A stretch of DNA of 64,000 bases. It comes from Lingula anatina (taxonomy: Eukaryota > Animalia > Brachiopoda). A program made the position numbers and the translations under genes. Positions 1 through 12,993 of this stretch are shown here, one piece after another. A model generated the notes under the pieces. The model saw nothing but the letters and a program-made list of their open reading frames with translations, did not search any database and was not told the DNA's origin. Positions within the stretch are counted from its first letter, which is position 1; each line of letters starts with the position of its first letter. The DNA lies in NCBI GenBank assembly GCA_051362555.1, contig CM120644.1, forward strand, positions 2,302,954 through 2,366,953, read 5' to 3'.

Positions 1-38
1 CTTTCTATGAGGATAATTGCTTTGGGTGTTACAAAGCT

Positions 39-1858
39 GTGTGCACTTCTACAGTTCCAAAACATTGGAAGAAAAAACAGAAAAGGAAGCATGAGCGAGA
101 ACAATCAGCAGCAAACAAAAAAGCAGCAACAGTGAGCAGTTTGGAAGAGCAAAAAAGACTAGATGAATCAGAAATGAGTGAATTACTTAATACTCAGATA
201 GATAGTGGGGAAATTGACCCACTTTTTACAGGACCTCAGATGTCAAATACATCTCCCTTCCAAGAACGAAAACTTCGTTCATCAAAAGACGACCCCAATG
301 TAAAAGAAACTGACAAAAAACAGGGCTCTCCGTTTCCGCAAATTAAAATACGCACTGGAAGGAGAAGTCTGAATGAAAGTTTGATGAGATGTATAGTACA
401 GTGTCTTGCAGAGACAAGGATGTCGCCTGATGAAGTTGCCACAGTGGTCGTAAGAGTAGCTAATATGGTGTTTGGTCAGAATTGGAAGAAACAAAATGAA
501 AAAGATGATGAGAATGATGAAACTGAAAGTGACGAAGAAAGTGAGCCAACAGAATCTTCACCTTCGGTACCAGGAGTCTGCTGCTTGTCTAATGATTTAA
601 CTTTTGTTTTCCCAAGTCGTAGATCAATTATGCGATACTTACAGGACGCATCTTACCTAAGCCTAGAGTATGTTGCTCAACAAATCCTCAACCAGATGTC
701 CAAGACTGATTATTTCAGAAGATCAGATGTTGACAGTGATGATGATATGAAGTATGCTCCATTGACGAACTTAGGGTGTGAGTCTGAATTTTCAAAGCTA
801 GACCACAGGATTAAAGTTACTGGTGGAAGTTCTTCTGTTCAGACTCTTTCCAGAAAGAATCTGCTTGCAAGTAGTGGTCTTCTGGTACATTCTCAATTTG
901 AAAGCAAGAGTGCAGCAGAAAGGAAAGAAAGATGGAAATTGGCTCGCTGTTCTGAAGAGGTGAAAGCAGTGCAAAAACTAGAAACAGACTTTCTTGCAAC
1001 TGTTGAATCTGCAAAGAAACTAGCACTACATAAGAAGGAGGAACTCAAGAAGAAAAAAGCTTGTAAAACTCTTGCAGTTTTGGAGAGATGTAAAGACCAT
1101 AATGGCCCACTGACTGTTAAAAGCCTAGACTTATTACCAAGTCTCACGGAAAAACAACTCTTAGATGAAATAAATTATCTGCGGCTCACAGTGGATCCAG
1201 ACATACGTCAGAAGAGGCGTGTTAAAGCAGCAGATGGCAAGTTTAGAATGGAAAAATTCACTGTAGAGGAACTGAAAGCATCAATAAAAATGCACTGAAA
1301 CCAGAACCACTGTAAATGAAGACATTAATGCTTTGCTACTGAGTGTACTACTGTAAACATTCATGTATGTAAATAACAATATAACTACTCTATAAAACAA
1401 GATTGTACAGTTTCATGTGAACCATTGACCATATTTGTTTTTTTTTTTATTGTTTTCCCCATCTTAAAAGCCACAGTTGCATAAACATTTGAATTTTCGT
1501 ATACAAAAATGGTCGTTTAGGGGTGTTTTTTACCTCAAAATGACCAAAAATCCTCTTTTTAACACAAAATAAAATGACTCAGCAAAACCTATTCATCTAT
1601 TTTGTGCTTGTTGATCATAAAATCATATGGTTAGACATAGTACAAGCCATATTTGAACCGATATTTAGAGATTTACATGAGAAATATGTGATTTGCGGGA
1701 GCGTTTGGTGGCCATTTTGAAAAATCACTTGATACCAATATCAGATGTAATTTAAAATGAAAATACTTATTAGATTTGTATTCAGCAGGCAAAATGGCCA
1801 TAGAATCCACTTGTCTGAAATTGAATTTCCCAAAAAAGCGTTCATTTGCCCACCCCTA
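39..1858 (+). mobile_element. Probable internally deleted hAT-like DNA transposon (right end) carrying a 419-codon transposase-derived ORF at 39-1298
   Basis: Intronless K/E-rich ORF with the motif APLTNLGCESEFSKL, resembling the hAT C-terminal P-x-T/S-x3-E-x2-FS motif. It ends in TTTGCCCACCCCTA at 1845-1858 (reverse complement TAGGGGTGGGCAAA, a hAT-type terminus). Homology to duplicate unit 2 starts just after it. The left end lies outside the window. Confidence 0.5.
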
Positions 1859-1918
1859 GCAGTGCCAAGAGATATATACGGAATATCACATGGGACAGTA
1901 TGACTGGTACATGTAGTT

Positions 1919-4487
1919 CTATAAGACCTGGTATATATAAATGATGCCCGTAGCAACATTGGCCACATATTTCTCTTCCTTTCGTATTTCCACTTTCTTC
2001 CAAAGCCCGTTGTCTTCGTGAATCTTCAGCCAGTCGTCCCAGCTCTTGCCGTCATACCCACAGTCTGGAATATGTTCCTCTCTAGTCGCCATGACAACAT
2101 ACCCGCCTGTAAAGAAAGTAGATGAAACGTAATTCCCTTCGTGGACTGCAGTTAATATTGTTAATGGGAATTATTAGAAAGACCCCAATGCCTAGGGACT
2201 TCTTGTTAAATGAGGTGAGATTTCGCGGAATTAGAGGAGAGTAGGGTCAGACGTAATAGCAGACTGGGAAATGAGATGCGTCAACGATTAAAACCAGACA
2301 TATCTATAAGGTTGTCCGTAGATTTTTTGGGGTTGTATTGTCCAGAGTTCTATTGGATTTAATTGTGTAGCAAAACGATGCAAATTCGTTGTTTAGGATG
2401 TCACTTTTAAACTCTCTAAGAATAAAAAAATGATAATTAAAACAAATGTTGCGTATGTTTGTACTTTCTCTAGTTTTGTGTGACGTCATGCAGAGTGCGG
2501 TGCCTCGAACGTGTTTGCTTATTTCGGATGCCTCCCATTAATTACCACTTCTTATTACCATGAATGAACGTACCTGACTTCGTGATTCTAATCAGTTCTG
2601 GAAGGCAGCTGGCATCGACGTTGTTCGCCGCCAAACAGCCAACAGATGCCACGCAGTCATAATAACCTGCAATTATGGGCTAAAAAGTTCAGTTTCATTT
2701 TATAACAAAGGCAATTTATAATCTTGATCAATAAATCTATTTAAAGTAGAACAATACTGGTCAAAACATGCACTTAAACCTCCCATCCAAAAGATATTAA
2801 GATAAAGTATCAATGATGTTACGATTGTACCAAAACACTGTTCATTTAGTTATATGTCACTGGAAGTACAGTGTATGTCTTTGTTATCATTTCACACACT
2901 GCAGTATATTTGCCACCTATTTACAATTTACGAGGACACATTCCACCTCACCAAACCGTGTGATTCTGATCATTTTCAAAGTATACTATATGTCATTTCT
3001 ATATTAAAATCATAATGTTAGCTTGCACATTGTGTTGAGTCAGTTTACCTGATTCGATATCCAATCTATTCGGCCCTAACAAACCACAAATACTCCTCTT
3101 GTAAATCCCTTTCTGATTGGCTATGTTCAACATCTCCTGACTTCCGTCCAGAGCCTCCAGGTTTGTGAACCCACGTTTTTGAATCTGATGATAAAAATCA
3201 ACAAATCTGGGTTGAACATTTTTATGCACCTTTTTAGTATTAAATCAATTGCCATAAATTCTAATACCATTTAGAACTGACCCCATGGATCGAGCTGGAC
3301 GTAACAAGTTTTTACCACAAGAAGAACTGAAGGATAGCAAGCAAAAATAAACATCACTGATTTTGCCAGATAACTGTTTTATCGCGACCCATATCCCCTG
3401 CTATACTAATATACAAATGTGTATTTACCATTGTTTGGTTACTGTAGACGTAAGGAAACACTGGGTGCTAAACCTTGATTGCTATATCCGTGCAAACCAA
3501 CGTGTGAAAGATATCGCCAAAGTTACGATAGACACGAATCAACTAAGAAGCAATCGATGAAAATTCCCATCGAAACAATACTTATTTTGAAGCTTCTGGG
3601 TAAGTTGAGAGATAAGAAAGGACAAGACACACCGCTTTCCCGACCCATCCGGTGCCCGCTCCTGCGTCCAATATCAAAGCATCTTTGTTTTCTCCAAAAA
3701 ATAAATCCAGCACTTCTGCAACAATGGCTGGCCCTTTGGGTCGCATTTTCTACAAATGTCAATTTTATGTTCAATTTGATCACGATAAGCAGCAAATATG
3801 GAAAATGCAGCAAAAAATAATGTTTAAAGGGATAATAACTATTCGTATGAGATCTATATTTCACAATAAAAACATTGTGAATAACTCATAGAAATAAAAT
3901 ATATTCTGTTTTACGACAAAAACGGCAGTTATAGCCACTATTCTGATATCTAAGCTTGTCTTTAGACCACGTGACCTCCACTGATGGCTATACTCTGTTA
4001 AAATCTCTGAAGAGATTTTGACAAAAAATTAAACTTAAAAAAAAAAAAACAGGGACTAGCTTTGAATGTAAAAATGGATTCATTAACCATTGGTAAGTAT
4101 GGGAATATTGTTGTTTTATTCCAGGAAAATTATGTTTTTGGCCGAAACGAAGAGTTATTATCCCTTTAGGTAAATGTATTTTTACAAGAGGTCTATCTAT
4201 CTTTTCATCTATAGGGCTACATGTAGTCGTGTGTGTGTGTGTGTGTGTGTGTACGTGTGTGTTTGTGTGCGTGTGTGTACAAGTGTGTTTTGAAATATAT
4301 ATATAAGTAAGGGTGTAAAATTGTAAAAAAATACTAAATTTTATAATCAAAGATGTCTTACTGCAACATCCAGGTCATAGCTTGGTGCCCACTGGCTGTA
4401 GAGGTCCAAGTTTTCTTCTACAGTATTGGTCGCAGAGTTTGCACCGTCAATCTTAGCCCATACCTCCACCTGGCGTGTTGTGGACAT
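1919..4487 (-). CDS. METTL27: Class I SAM-dependent methyltransferase, METTL27/WBSCR27-like, 219 aa, 5 coding exons, intact (unit 1)
   Basis: Exons 4487-4362, 3749-3633, 3184-3049, 2666-2574 and 2106-1919 all have GT-AG boundaries and compatible phases, totalling 660 nt. Motifs include LYSQWAPSYD, ILDAGAGTGWVG (SAM motif I), LEALDGSQEML, YDCVASVG and LIRITKSGGYV. A likely non-coding exon donor lies at ~5038. Confidence 0.85.
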
Positions 4488-4729
4488 TTTGAAAAAAAAT
4501 CCTGAAATCAAATAATATAACACTTCTGCTAACATATACTCCCGTTCCATCAATATACTGGGCGGGCAGCGTGTATTAAAGTAGTATGCACTGGCGTCAC
4601 GAAACACACTTCTCAAAGCATTTTCCTACTAACAGATTGCCGATCATTTGTAAACTCTTTGTAAACTAATTTTTTAAAGACGAAAATCGGTATGTAATAT
4701 TATTTATTCAAGTTATAATAAATGTAAAA

Positions 4730-4983
4730 CAGATTTAGAGGGGGTCAGGGGGGTCCTGAACCCCCCCCCCCCCCTTCAGTTTCTGAAAAATATATGTATC
4801 ACCAATATTCCCCTCTTGAAATTAGAATTTTGACAAGCTAAATCATAGTTGTAAACCGTACCAAAGGCCACTGTTTGCTCTACAGGGGCCCCGAGCCTCA
4901 CACAAAGGGAAAGATGGCCGACTTTGCGTCCGATGTCTGTCTCTCCGCCCCCTTCCCTTCAAATAATCCTGGATCCGCCCCTG
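4730..4983. repeat. Short dispersed repeat/MITE ending in CCTGGATCCGCCCCTG; related copy at ~36810-36977
   Basis: Shares AATTAGAATTTTGAC and TTCAAATAATCCTGGATCCGCCC with the 36.8-37.0 kb copy. It is absent from the paralogous position in unit 2. Confidence 0.55.
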
Positions 4984-5602
4984 TAATAAGTACGAGGAGA
5001 TGAGCATACAAGCGGACACTATAGTAATCTAAACTTACCTTTCCCTTCTGAAATAGTTTGGCTGTATAGAGCACCAAGGTTTAATCCGGTATATTAGCGG
5101 GATCGGTGACATTAATATCACATAAAGGTCTCTGTCGTTCTACACCGCTGCGCGTTGAAGTTTACCCAGTACCATGCTATTATTTAATATGTCACAAAAG
5201 ATCACTGATTTTGTATGTAGCTATGTCCACTATTCAGGTAGATGAGGGGCTGCATTGACCCTGTATCCATGCAATAATATAGACTGGCCGATATCATTTG
5301 TGAGAGATCACAGCAATGGGTAATGGCAAAAGTCCTACGAGAAAGCTTCCATTGGTTTTAATATTTTAACTATGTAGCTGCCCTGTACCCAGAAATATAA
5401 GCAGAACTATACAAACAGTTAAAAGGCATAAACTCATGTGGAGTGCACCAGCATGCATACGTCTAAACAAAGCATGACTAGGTAATTTAATGGACATTTA
5501 TACATGTATGTTTCCCTGTAATTCACGAGGCGCAGTGATAAGGAAAAGACATGGTTTTGGAAATCGGATCCTGATTTTGATTCTTTCGTGACTCCAACAG
5601 TG

Positions 5603-5606
<4 letters not shown>

Positions 5607-5669
<63 letters not shown>
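5607..5669. repeat. (TA)n microsatellite
   Basis: Perfect dinucleotide run; it generates the spurious IYIYIY ORF. Confidence 0.95.
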
Positions 5670-5672
<3 letters not shown>

Positions 5673-7246
5673 TACCCTAGTATTGGTCAGCGGGGGCTGC
5701 AGTGTATCCCTGTGACAGGGGTGATTGAAAGGTCTAGGTCGTTTTACACCGCGGTGCATGAAGGATACTCGGTGCTGTGACTTCACTTTATACATCACAC
5801 ACCGTGAGGATGATACATGTATTCAGCATCAAGAGCTGATGGCCATTTCTGTTTACATATCACACTCTAATGAACAGAGTTTCAAACTGTTTTCACAAAT
5901 TCTGACTCATTCAATCGGCCTTGTTTTGTATTCGCAAGCGTTGCATGTATCATGCCTCGGCATGGGTGATTTTTACGTACAAGAAATGAAATGTGTTGTG
6001 TTACCAGCATTTTGAAAGTTATTTTTATCTGTTACGTGCATAATTAAGAACAGACAAACGCACATAAAAATACAGACACACACACGCACACCTAAAATCA
6101 ACTTCGAAGCGTTTTCCTTCAAAACACTCCGTGGTTTAGTACAGAGTATCATTGCTTTCAATGTTTTTCTTTTCTTTTACATTCATACCTAGATGATGAA
6201 ATTATTTCTTTTTAATCACTTATAAATACTGGTTATCATTCAGCTGGTGTCGGTATTTGTTTACAACACTTGTTGTGTCCTGAGCTTGAGCAAGTAATTT
6301 CGGATAGGAAGCTTACATGTACATGTGTGTCGATAACATGGGTGTCCATTTTTTGCCATGTTTAACATTCCTAAAAGTCGGCAGTGTCATGTCTTTGATG
6401 CCCGAAACTTACGAGATGCACTGACTCTGGTGGTACGTACAGTCAACATGCACTCAAGGGAATACATATATCTATGGAACTCTACAGAAATCCTACTCTA
6501 TAGTGATCATACCGGGCTTACTATATTCATATATTGAACATACAGTATATCATGTACAGGTAGGATTCGGAGCCATTTTCCTAGAGGACGTCATATAAGG
6601 GGGGGGGGGGGGGGGGGGAGGACAGGGACTTTCAACAGAAAGAAGAAATAATATGAAATGGATGTACAGTGTAGGTTTTTTGTTTGCTTTTCTTGTCAGT
6701 CAATTTTTCATTGCTGCATGTATAACTATATAAAGATAAGTGAGGAGACCAGTGGACATTTAGCAGGTCACATGGTTTTAATCTCTTCAACTTAATTTGA
6801 TAATTACTAAGAAGGTGTGGTAACAGATTTAATTGATTTGAATCAGGGCAAGTTGAACGGGTTTTCATTAAGTTTTCGTAAGGTTTGACAAGTACTTTCC
6901 ATTCCAAAGACAATATTTATTCATCGTATGCGATTCCATACAAGTTTCAAATGAGAATAAACAAGATAATAAACTGCAGACTATTTATATGGAAAAATAA
7001 GACAAGGCTTTAAAAAGTTAATAAGTTATGTTCCTCTGGTTAGCCAGTTTGACTTATTATAGAACCAATATGATATTTAATAATTAAATAATTTAATTTA
7101 ATTTAATTTGAATGGCTCTCCAATGTTTGTAATTTCTGGTAGATATTTATTTCGTATCGGCAGTTATTCTCTTAACAGTTTATCGCAAACGTTTTAGTTC
7201 CTCGTATAATATAATTAGCCAGATATTTAATAATAAAAGCAATAGG

Positions 7247-10200
7247 CTATTTTTTATCTGTTGCATCAGAGTTACACCCGACGTGAAGAAATCTGGTTGT
7301 TGTGGAAATGCTATCACATACCCACTTAATTCTGCAACTCCAGAAATGTGCTCCGTAACATGTCGCTTCCCATCGACAGTTATGCCGAGTCGGGCTGTCA
7401 GTGATCACGTTGTCAGCGGCCTGCTGAATGAGATAAGCGGCCACTTCTGCTGGCGCAGGTCGGTAATCCAGCGAGCTCATGTAGGCGGCGGCCGCGCCAG
7501 CAACAAAAGCGGCAGCAACTGATGTACCGCTACCTTGGTCGTAGGCGTCCGGGGAGCCGGTTGTGCTACTGAGTATGTCCGTGCCCGGAGCCCAAATGTC
7601 TACCTCGGGCCCATAGTTGGAATAGATGGCCTTGGTGTCTCCTGCGGCTGATGCACCAACAGTGATGGCGGCTTCCGAACTACCGGGGGATTGGTAAAAT
7701 GACAGGCCATTATTGTTGCCAGACCCCGTTATTATTGTCACACCATAATTAGTAAATGTCTGTATCACATCATTAAAAGCATCGTTGCGACTGGACTGCA
7801 ATGCCAGCACCATAATAGACTTCTGACCAGTGGCGAGTATCGGAAACGCTGCTTCGTACATCGCCCATATGGCCCAACTGACTTGCCCAGATCCAGCATC
7901 ATTTAGTATTTTCACGTTGATAAGATTGACGTTTTTTGCCACGCCCACTGTTTTCCCGCCAATTATCCCGGCCACGTGGGTGCCGTGTCCATAGATGTCG
8001 GTAAAGTTCCAGCTGTCCAAGGCTTTGAAACCCTCAGAAACACGTGTGGAACCGTCGCTGTTTGAAAATTCTTGATGTTCCGCGTAAATCCCTGAATCAA
8101 AAATATAGACGTTGACGTCACTTCCGGTACCCATGACATTGAATTTGCCGTCCAGTTGGCCATTCGGTTGATCAATCCTGTCAAGGCCCTATATGTGAAA
8201 AAAGTGAAGAGTAAAAATCAATCTTGTTTTTATTTAACCTGTTTATATTTAGTTCTTAACAAAGATTATATATCAAACTTACCGGTGACGCTATAATCCC
8301 CCCCATCTTCTCAAGGAAACAGCAGGGCAAGAAAGCAATACATTAGCCCCAGACATAATAGATCTATATAATAGTGGCATATAAGGCCCCATCACCATCT
8401 TTCTGATTTACAAGACCCCATGACTACAATACATCACTTATTCATGTAGACTTGTTCTTGTTGGCGAACACTCTGAAAAGCCATACTATACACACCCAGT
8501 CTGTTGCAGCCGTCTTCGGTGGGCATACGTTGTTGTCCACAGGTTCCTCATCCGCCGGACACTCACAGGGGACGTGGCATACTGGTGCCTGTGCCGTGGT
8601 CACTATACTGTCCTGGTAGATGGCTTCCACCACGTCCACCCTGCGCCGTAGTAGACGGAGGCCCCTGTAGTTATATAACGATGGACGTGCAGTAATTTGC
8701 ACAATAAGAAAATGTTACGCAAGGGCTTTCTTTTACCAAAAGAATTGAAAGGCACGGTAGTCAACGGAAAGTGAATTGGAGAATTTGCCTTATAATATAT
8801 ACCCTTATACTTCACCATTCTCATTATCTTGACTGTTAACATCGACTATACTTTGGAGATGTTGGTTAAAGATGACGCAAGTGTTAAAATTTATTAAACA
8901 GGTAAATCCAATTGTCAATCTGTTTTAACGGTATCTTAGAGAGAAAATGCATTTAAAGTAATCATTTACACATCGGTGTCGTCACCAGCTTAAACGGTTA
9001 TGTGTAATATGTGTAAATATATGTATAAAAAAAGATCAACAATGACATTAACACTGTGAATGGTTATTCCAGAAATAAAGGGAAAAATAGGTCAGACATA
9101 TTCCAAACTACTCACTCCTCTTGTGTTTCGACTACAACCATCTTCGTGTCCCCGAAGTCCATCATCACCCCGACCGAGGGGTCATTTTCAAAGGCAGAGC
9201 TACGTCCATTTGTGACAGAATATGGTTCGGACTTCAAATTATCCACAAATGTTGATGCTGAAAAAGGAACAAAGAATTGAATATGAAATACATACATGCA
9301 GTTGTGAATCTTCAAATATGTTCTGCATTTTTAACCACACTGCCAATTCTAGTAACAACAACAATTTGCAAAAAGACAATATGCAGCCTTCGACAACAGC
9401 TTGCAGCAACAATTATTTCAGCCTATCTTTTAGTGCAAACAGGGATTAATAAATGTAGACAAGTTTACCTAATGGAAACTAATAGTATTCTGCCATCTCA
9501 TTTGCATGAGGCTATACCCAGTAACAGAGAACGAAATCATCACATTATCATAACGTCCCAGCTAACACATCACGTTGGGATCACGTGGCTAGGGCGTTGC
9601 TACCACATTATAACGTCATAGCCACAGGTTAGCCACGTGGTATCAACGCAATCTATTTGCTGGGGCTAATATAACCAAAGAACCCCCCCCCCCCCCCCAC
9701 CAAAAAATAAAATAAAAAAATAAAAAAAAAACAAAGGTTAACGTCAAGGTAACGGTAAGGTAACGATTAAAAATGCTTAACAGAAGGTCAATATACGTAC
9801 GGGTAGACTAACATGTACGGGTAGGCTAACAAGACCATCGAGCCACCGTGTAATTTCGGATAACAGTGTCACCGTCGACATATCACTTGGATGATATGAA
9901 TTAATAATAATAATAATCATAATAATAATCATAATAATAATAATAATAATGCATTAAAAATAAAAGCGGAAGCACGTACCGGTTTGTGGGTCCACTTCCT
10001 GCTTTAGTTTGACAATGTAAGTGTCTGGTACTCCACTGTCCCCAGTGTAGGTGTGGAGTTCAACTAGAACAGAAAACAAACAATTCCACCATTCTACTTA
10101 TATTGCGTTTGCAAACAACACCCGGTGTATCACTAAATGTTTTTTTCTTATTCAGATGTACGGCAATAATCTCGATTGCTAAAGGATTAAATGTCACGCG

Positions 10201-10439
10201 TCCTCTCCAAGTTCTAAATAGTGGTTGACGTGAGAGCTAAACAGAAGATATATTTATTCATATCCACGACAGAAAAGGATTCGCCAAAGACGAGCTCGAA
10301 AAGTGCATTACTTACCGTTAGTAGCATCTGCGGGGAATATTCTTCGATCGCCTTCTACATAAGGCTCAGCAATGACTGTATCAATCAGGATATAGAGGGG
10401 AAGGAGGATAGAAATCCTCGCTACAGTCCCAAACGTCAT
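7247..10439 (-). CDS. Secreted subtilisin-like S8A protease A (proteinase K/aqualysin type) with I9-like prodomain, 486 aa, 5 exons, intact (unit 1)
   Basis: Exons 10439-10316 (hydrophobic leader), 10063-9980 (YIVKLK prodomain motif), 9257-9116, 8664-8496 and 8188-7247 are phase compatible (1461 nt). WGLDRIDQ spans the last junction. Catalytic motifs: IFDSG (Asp), HGTHVAG (His), SGTSVAA (Ser), plus oxyanion Asn in GSGN. Confidence 0.9.
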
Positions 10440-12993
10440 CCTTGAAAGGGGCTAAAATGTTTAGTAAACGTTATTGAACTTATAGGTAAGCGTATGAGGT
10501 GAAAGCGATATTTAGTTTATTCATGTAGCTGCACTGCTGTTTGATGGCTATATAGCATTTATAAATTTAGAAAGAAGATCCAATATGTCATAACACGCCT
10601 TTAAGTAATATATTTAATAAAAATTGTATCTAATAAAACGTTACATCAAACTCTCACATAGACACATGCTATAGCACGAGAAAAAAATGACTTGCCGTTT
10701 TCCTGCGATGTCAGAATAACCACTTCGTGCCTGCATGTCCTGACAATAAGTATCCGCTGCGTTGATTGCCGTTCAGGTAGTGCATATTCTTCCAAGCGGT
10801 AATGCAGTCACACTCTTTTGTTTTCTATCAGATCCTTAATTGTTGCTTATATTATCTTTCAGCAACGAAGCCGTTAAGGCGAAGATACCATGTAGACGGT
10901 ATGGAATCCATATGGTATTTGGGCAGGACAACTCTAAAAATGTCAATGACCGGCTAAATTTCGCGACAACATGTAGAGCGACCGCAAAACAGCAGGTTTG
11001 GTGTGCAGTTGCGGTCAGTGATCAGCTTTTCATTTCCATCGGCGCCGCCGGTGTGGCGAAACTCGGGTTCCGTGTAACGGAGAGTCCACCATCCATTAGA
11101 TAATAAAGGTAAGGGTTGAGTCAACAAAAAGGGCGAGGATCACCTGTGCAAAGTACTGGGTATTAGACTCTCTACATGGGTGACTCTCTATCCAGTCACA
11201 CTGGGCTAAATGGATTTAGCCAGATATGCAATCTGTGTTCATCTTTACGAAGGCGTTAAGGTGTAGACAGACGCTATCGGCCAGCTTAAGTGTCACCGGC
11301 ACTGATAACGCGCGTGAAAGCTCAATCACAGAATCACCGGCCGGTGCGCCAGGTACCTTATAAGTTTTATTACATAAGAAAAGAGACAGAAGTGTCCTCT
11401 TCATGAAGCTACAGAACGGGTCTGTGTCACGAAGATTTCATGCAGATTTCACCAGATATTCTAAGTGAGGCTTAAAGTTTACTACCTTATGTTTGTGTTA
11501 CTCTGGGCTATCACCCATCCTTGCCCTTGCACCGTCAAGTTTCTGAGCCTACCCATGCGAAGGTACCCTGTATATTGAAGTTGCAAACATGACGCCCCAT
11601 TGACAGTTCCTTTACCAAGTCTGCGAATAGCCTGTAGTTCGTTGGTGCCTAATAATACACCGAGAAGATACGAAAAACTTAGTGTAATTATTCTGAAATT
11701 CGTGCTTACCATTGGACCACGTGGACCTTCATAGAAAGCTACCCTCTTTAAAAATATTTTAAAAGGTTATGAAAAAAACATTTTAAGTAAACAAACAAAA
11801 TGAACATTTGAGTAACTTTGAATGTCGGAACAGATTCAGAAAGTAGGTTTTTGAGAGGAAAATCCGTTCTCCCACCAAAATCAACAGTTGTTATCCATTT
11901 TATAGCCCTACAGCTTTATTGTTTATGGATTATAAGCGTTACTTTGCAATTACACTGATGGCATTTCGAACATAACGTTATAATCATTGTTAATTATGAT
12001 ATATTTCGTGTACGCAGATAGAAACTTCGTGATATTATTGCATTTCAGAATGGACCAAAAAAGGGGAACCAAAAGTGCGCACTTCAGGCGTTAAAATTTT
12101 AATTAAAATTGTCTATCAAGATGCTGCTGAAATCAACTCAAATTTATTAAAAATATTGCAGTGTTTGTACATGTAGGACTTAATTGACATAAATGTATCA
12201 TCGAACAGTGTTTTATAGAATTTCTAACAAGTTTGTCTGCCTTTCAGGTTATTGCAATCATTTATTATCATCCAAATACCGAAAATGATTTTTTTCCTGC
12301 ATCAAATTATTTAATAACGCATATATCTTTCTGCTCGTTTAAAATAATGAAAAAGCCCTCAAAATATAAAATATCGGCGTTTATATTTTTTCGTTGCAAT
12401 AGGCAACTCTTGAGCGTCATTTTAACACCTTTCTATTTTGAGGGGAGATAGCAATCGATATGGGACGTCACTTCATCCCTGAACAAGATTTTATCACGAC
12501 AATTGGCAGAGTTGTCCAGGAGAGTATAACATAAAATGCTGTGCCGTCGACTTGGTTTAAATGTTTCTGTTACGAAGTTATGATTACAGATTTTCTTTAA
12601 ACAAAGGCATCATTTTGCTTTATCAACCGCTAAATCTTGCTTAGACTTATAAGAAAATCGCTGGCAGGCTTTTGGAGTACCACATGATGTCATTAAATCG
12701 GCGCTGAAACAGTAAACGTGTGTGCTCAGCTGAAAGAGAAATTTGAGAAGCCGATTTATCGTTACCCTAAATCGCTATAATTACGTCACCCGTAACATGG
12801 CATATGTGTAAATGTTAATTAATGCACTCACTGAACAATGAAGATTTGTTAATTACCCAAAAGAATGCATGTAAGTCAGTAAATAAGGATTTTTTGTCGA
12901 AGGGTGACAATTAATATCCTTAAAGTAACAGTGAAGATTGCGTCCTTTGTCACATCGCCAAAATGACAAATAATTAAATTAAAGCGTCTCAAG

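Noticed and set aside
5523-5798. Low-complexity ORFs (IYIY, poly-L/N/I, THTH) here and at 3988, 22105, 25213, 58142 and 61643
   Set aside because: They are translations of (TA)n, (CA)n, (AAT)n and (AAAT)n microsatellites.
7283-7522. Short ORFs antisense to or overlapping the real genes (e.g. 7283, 13192, 17907, 29691, 52591, 63264)
   Set aside because: Shadow frames of coding exons; their recurrence in both units just reflects the duplication.
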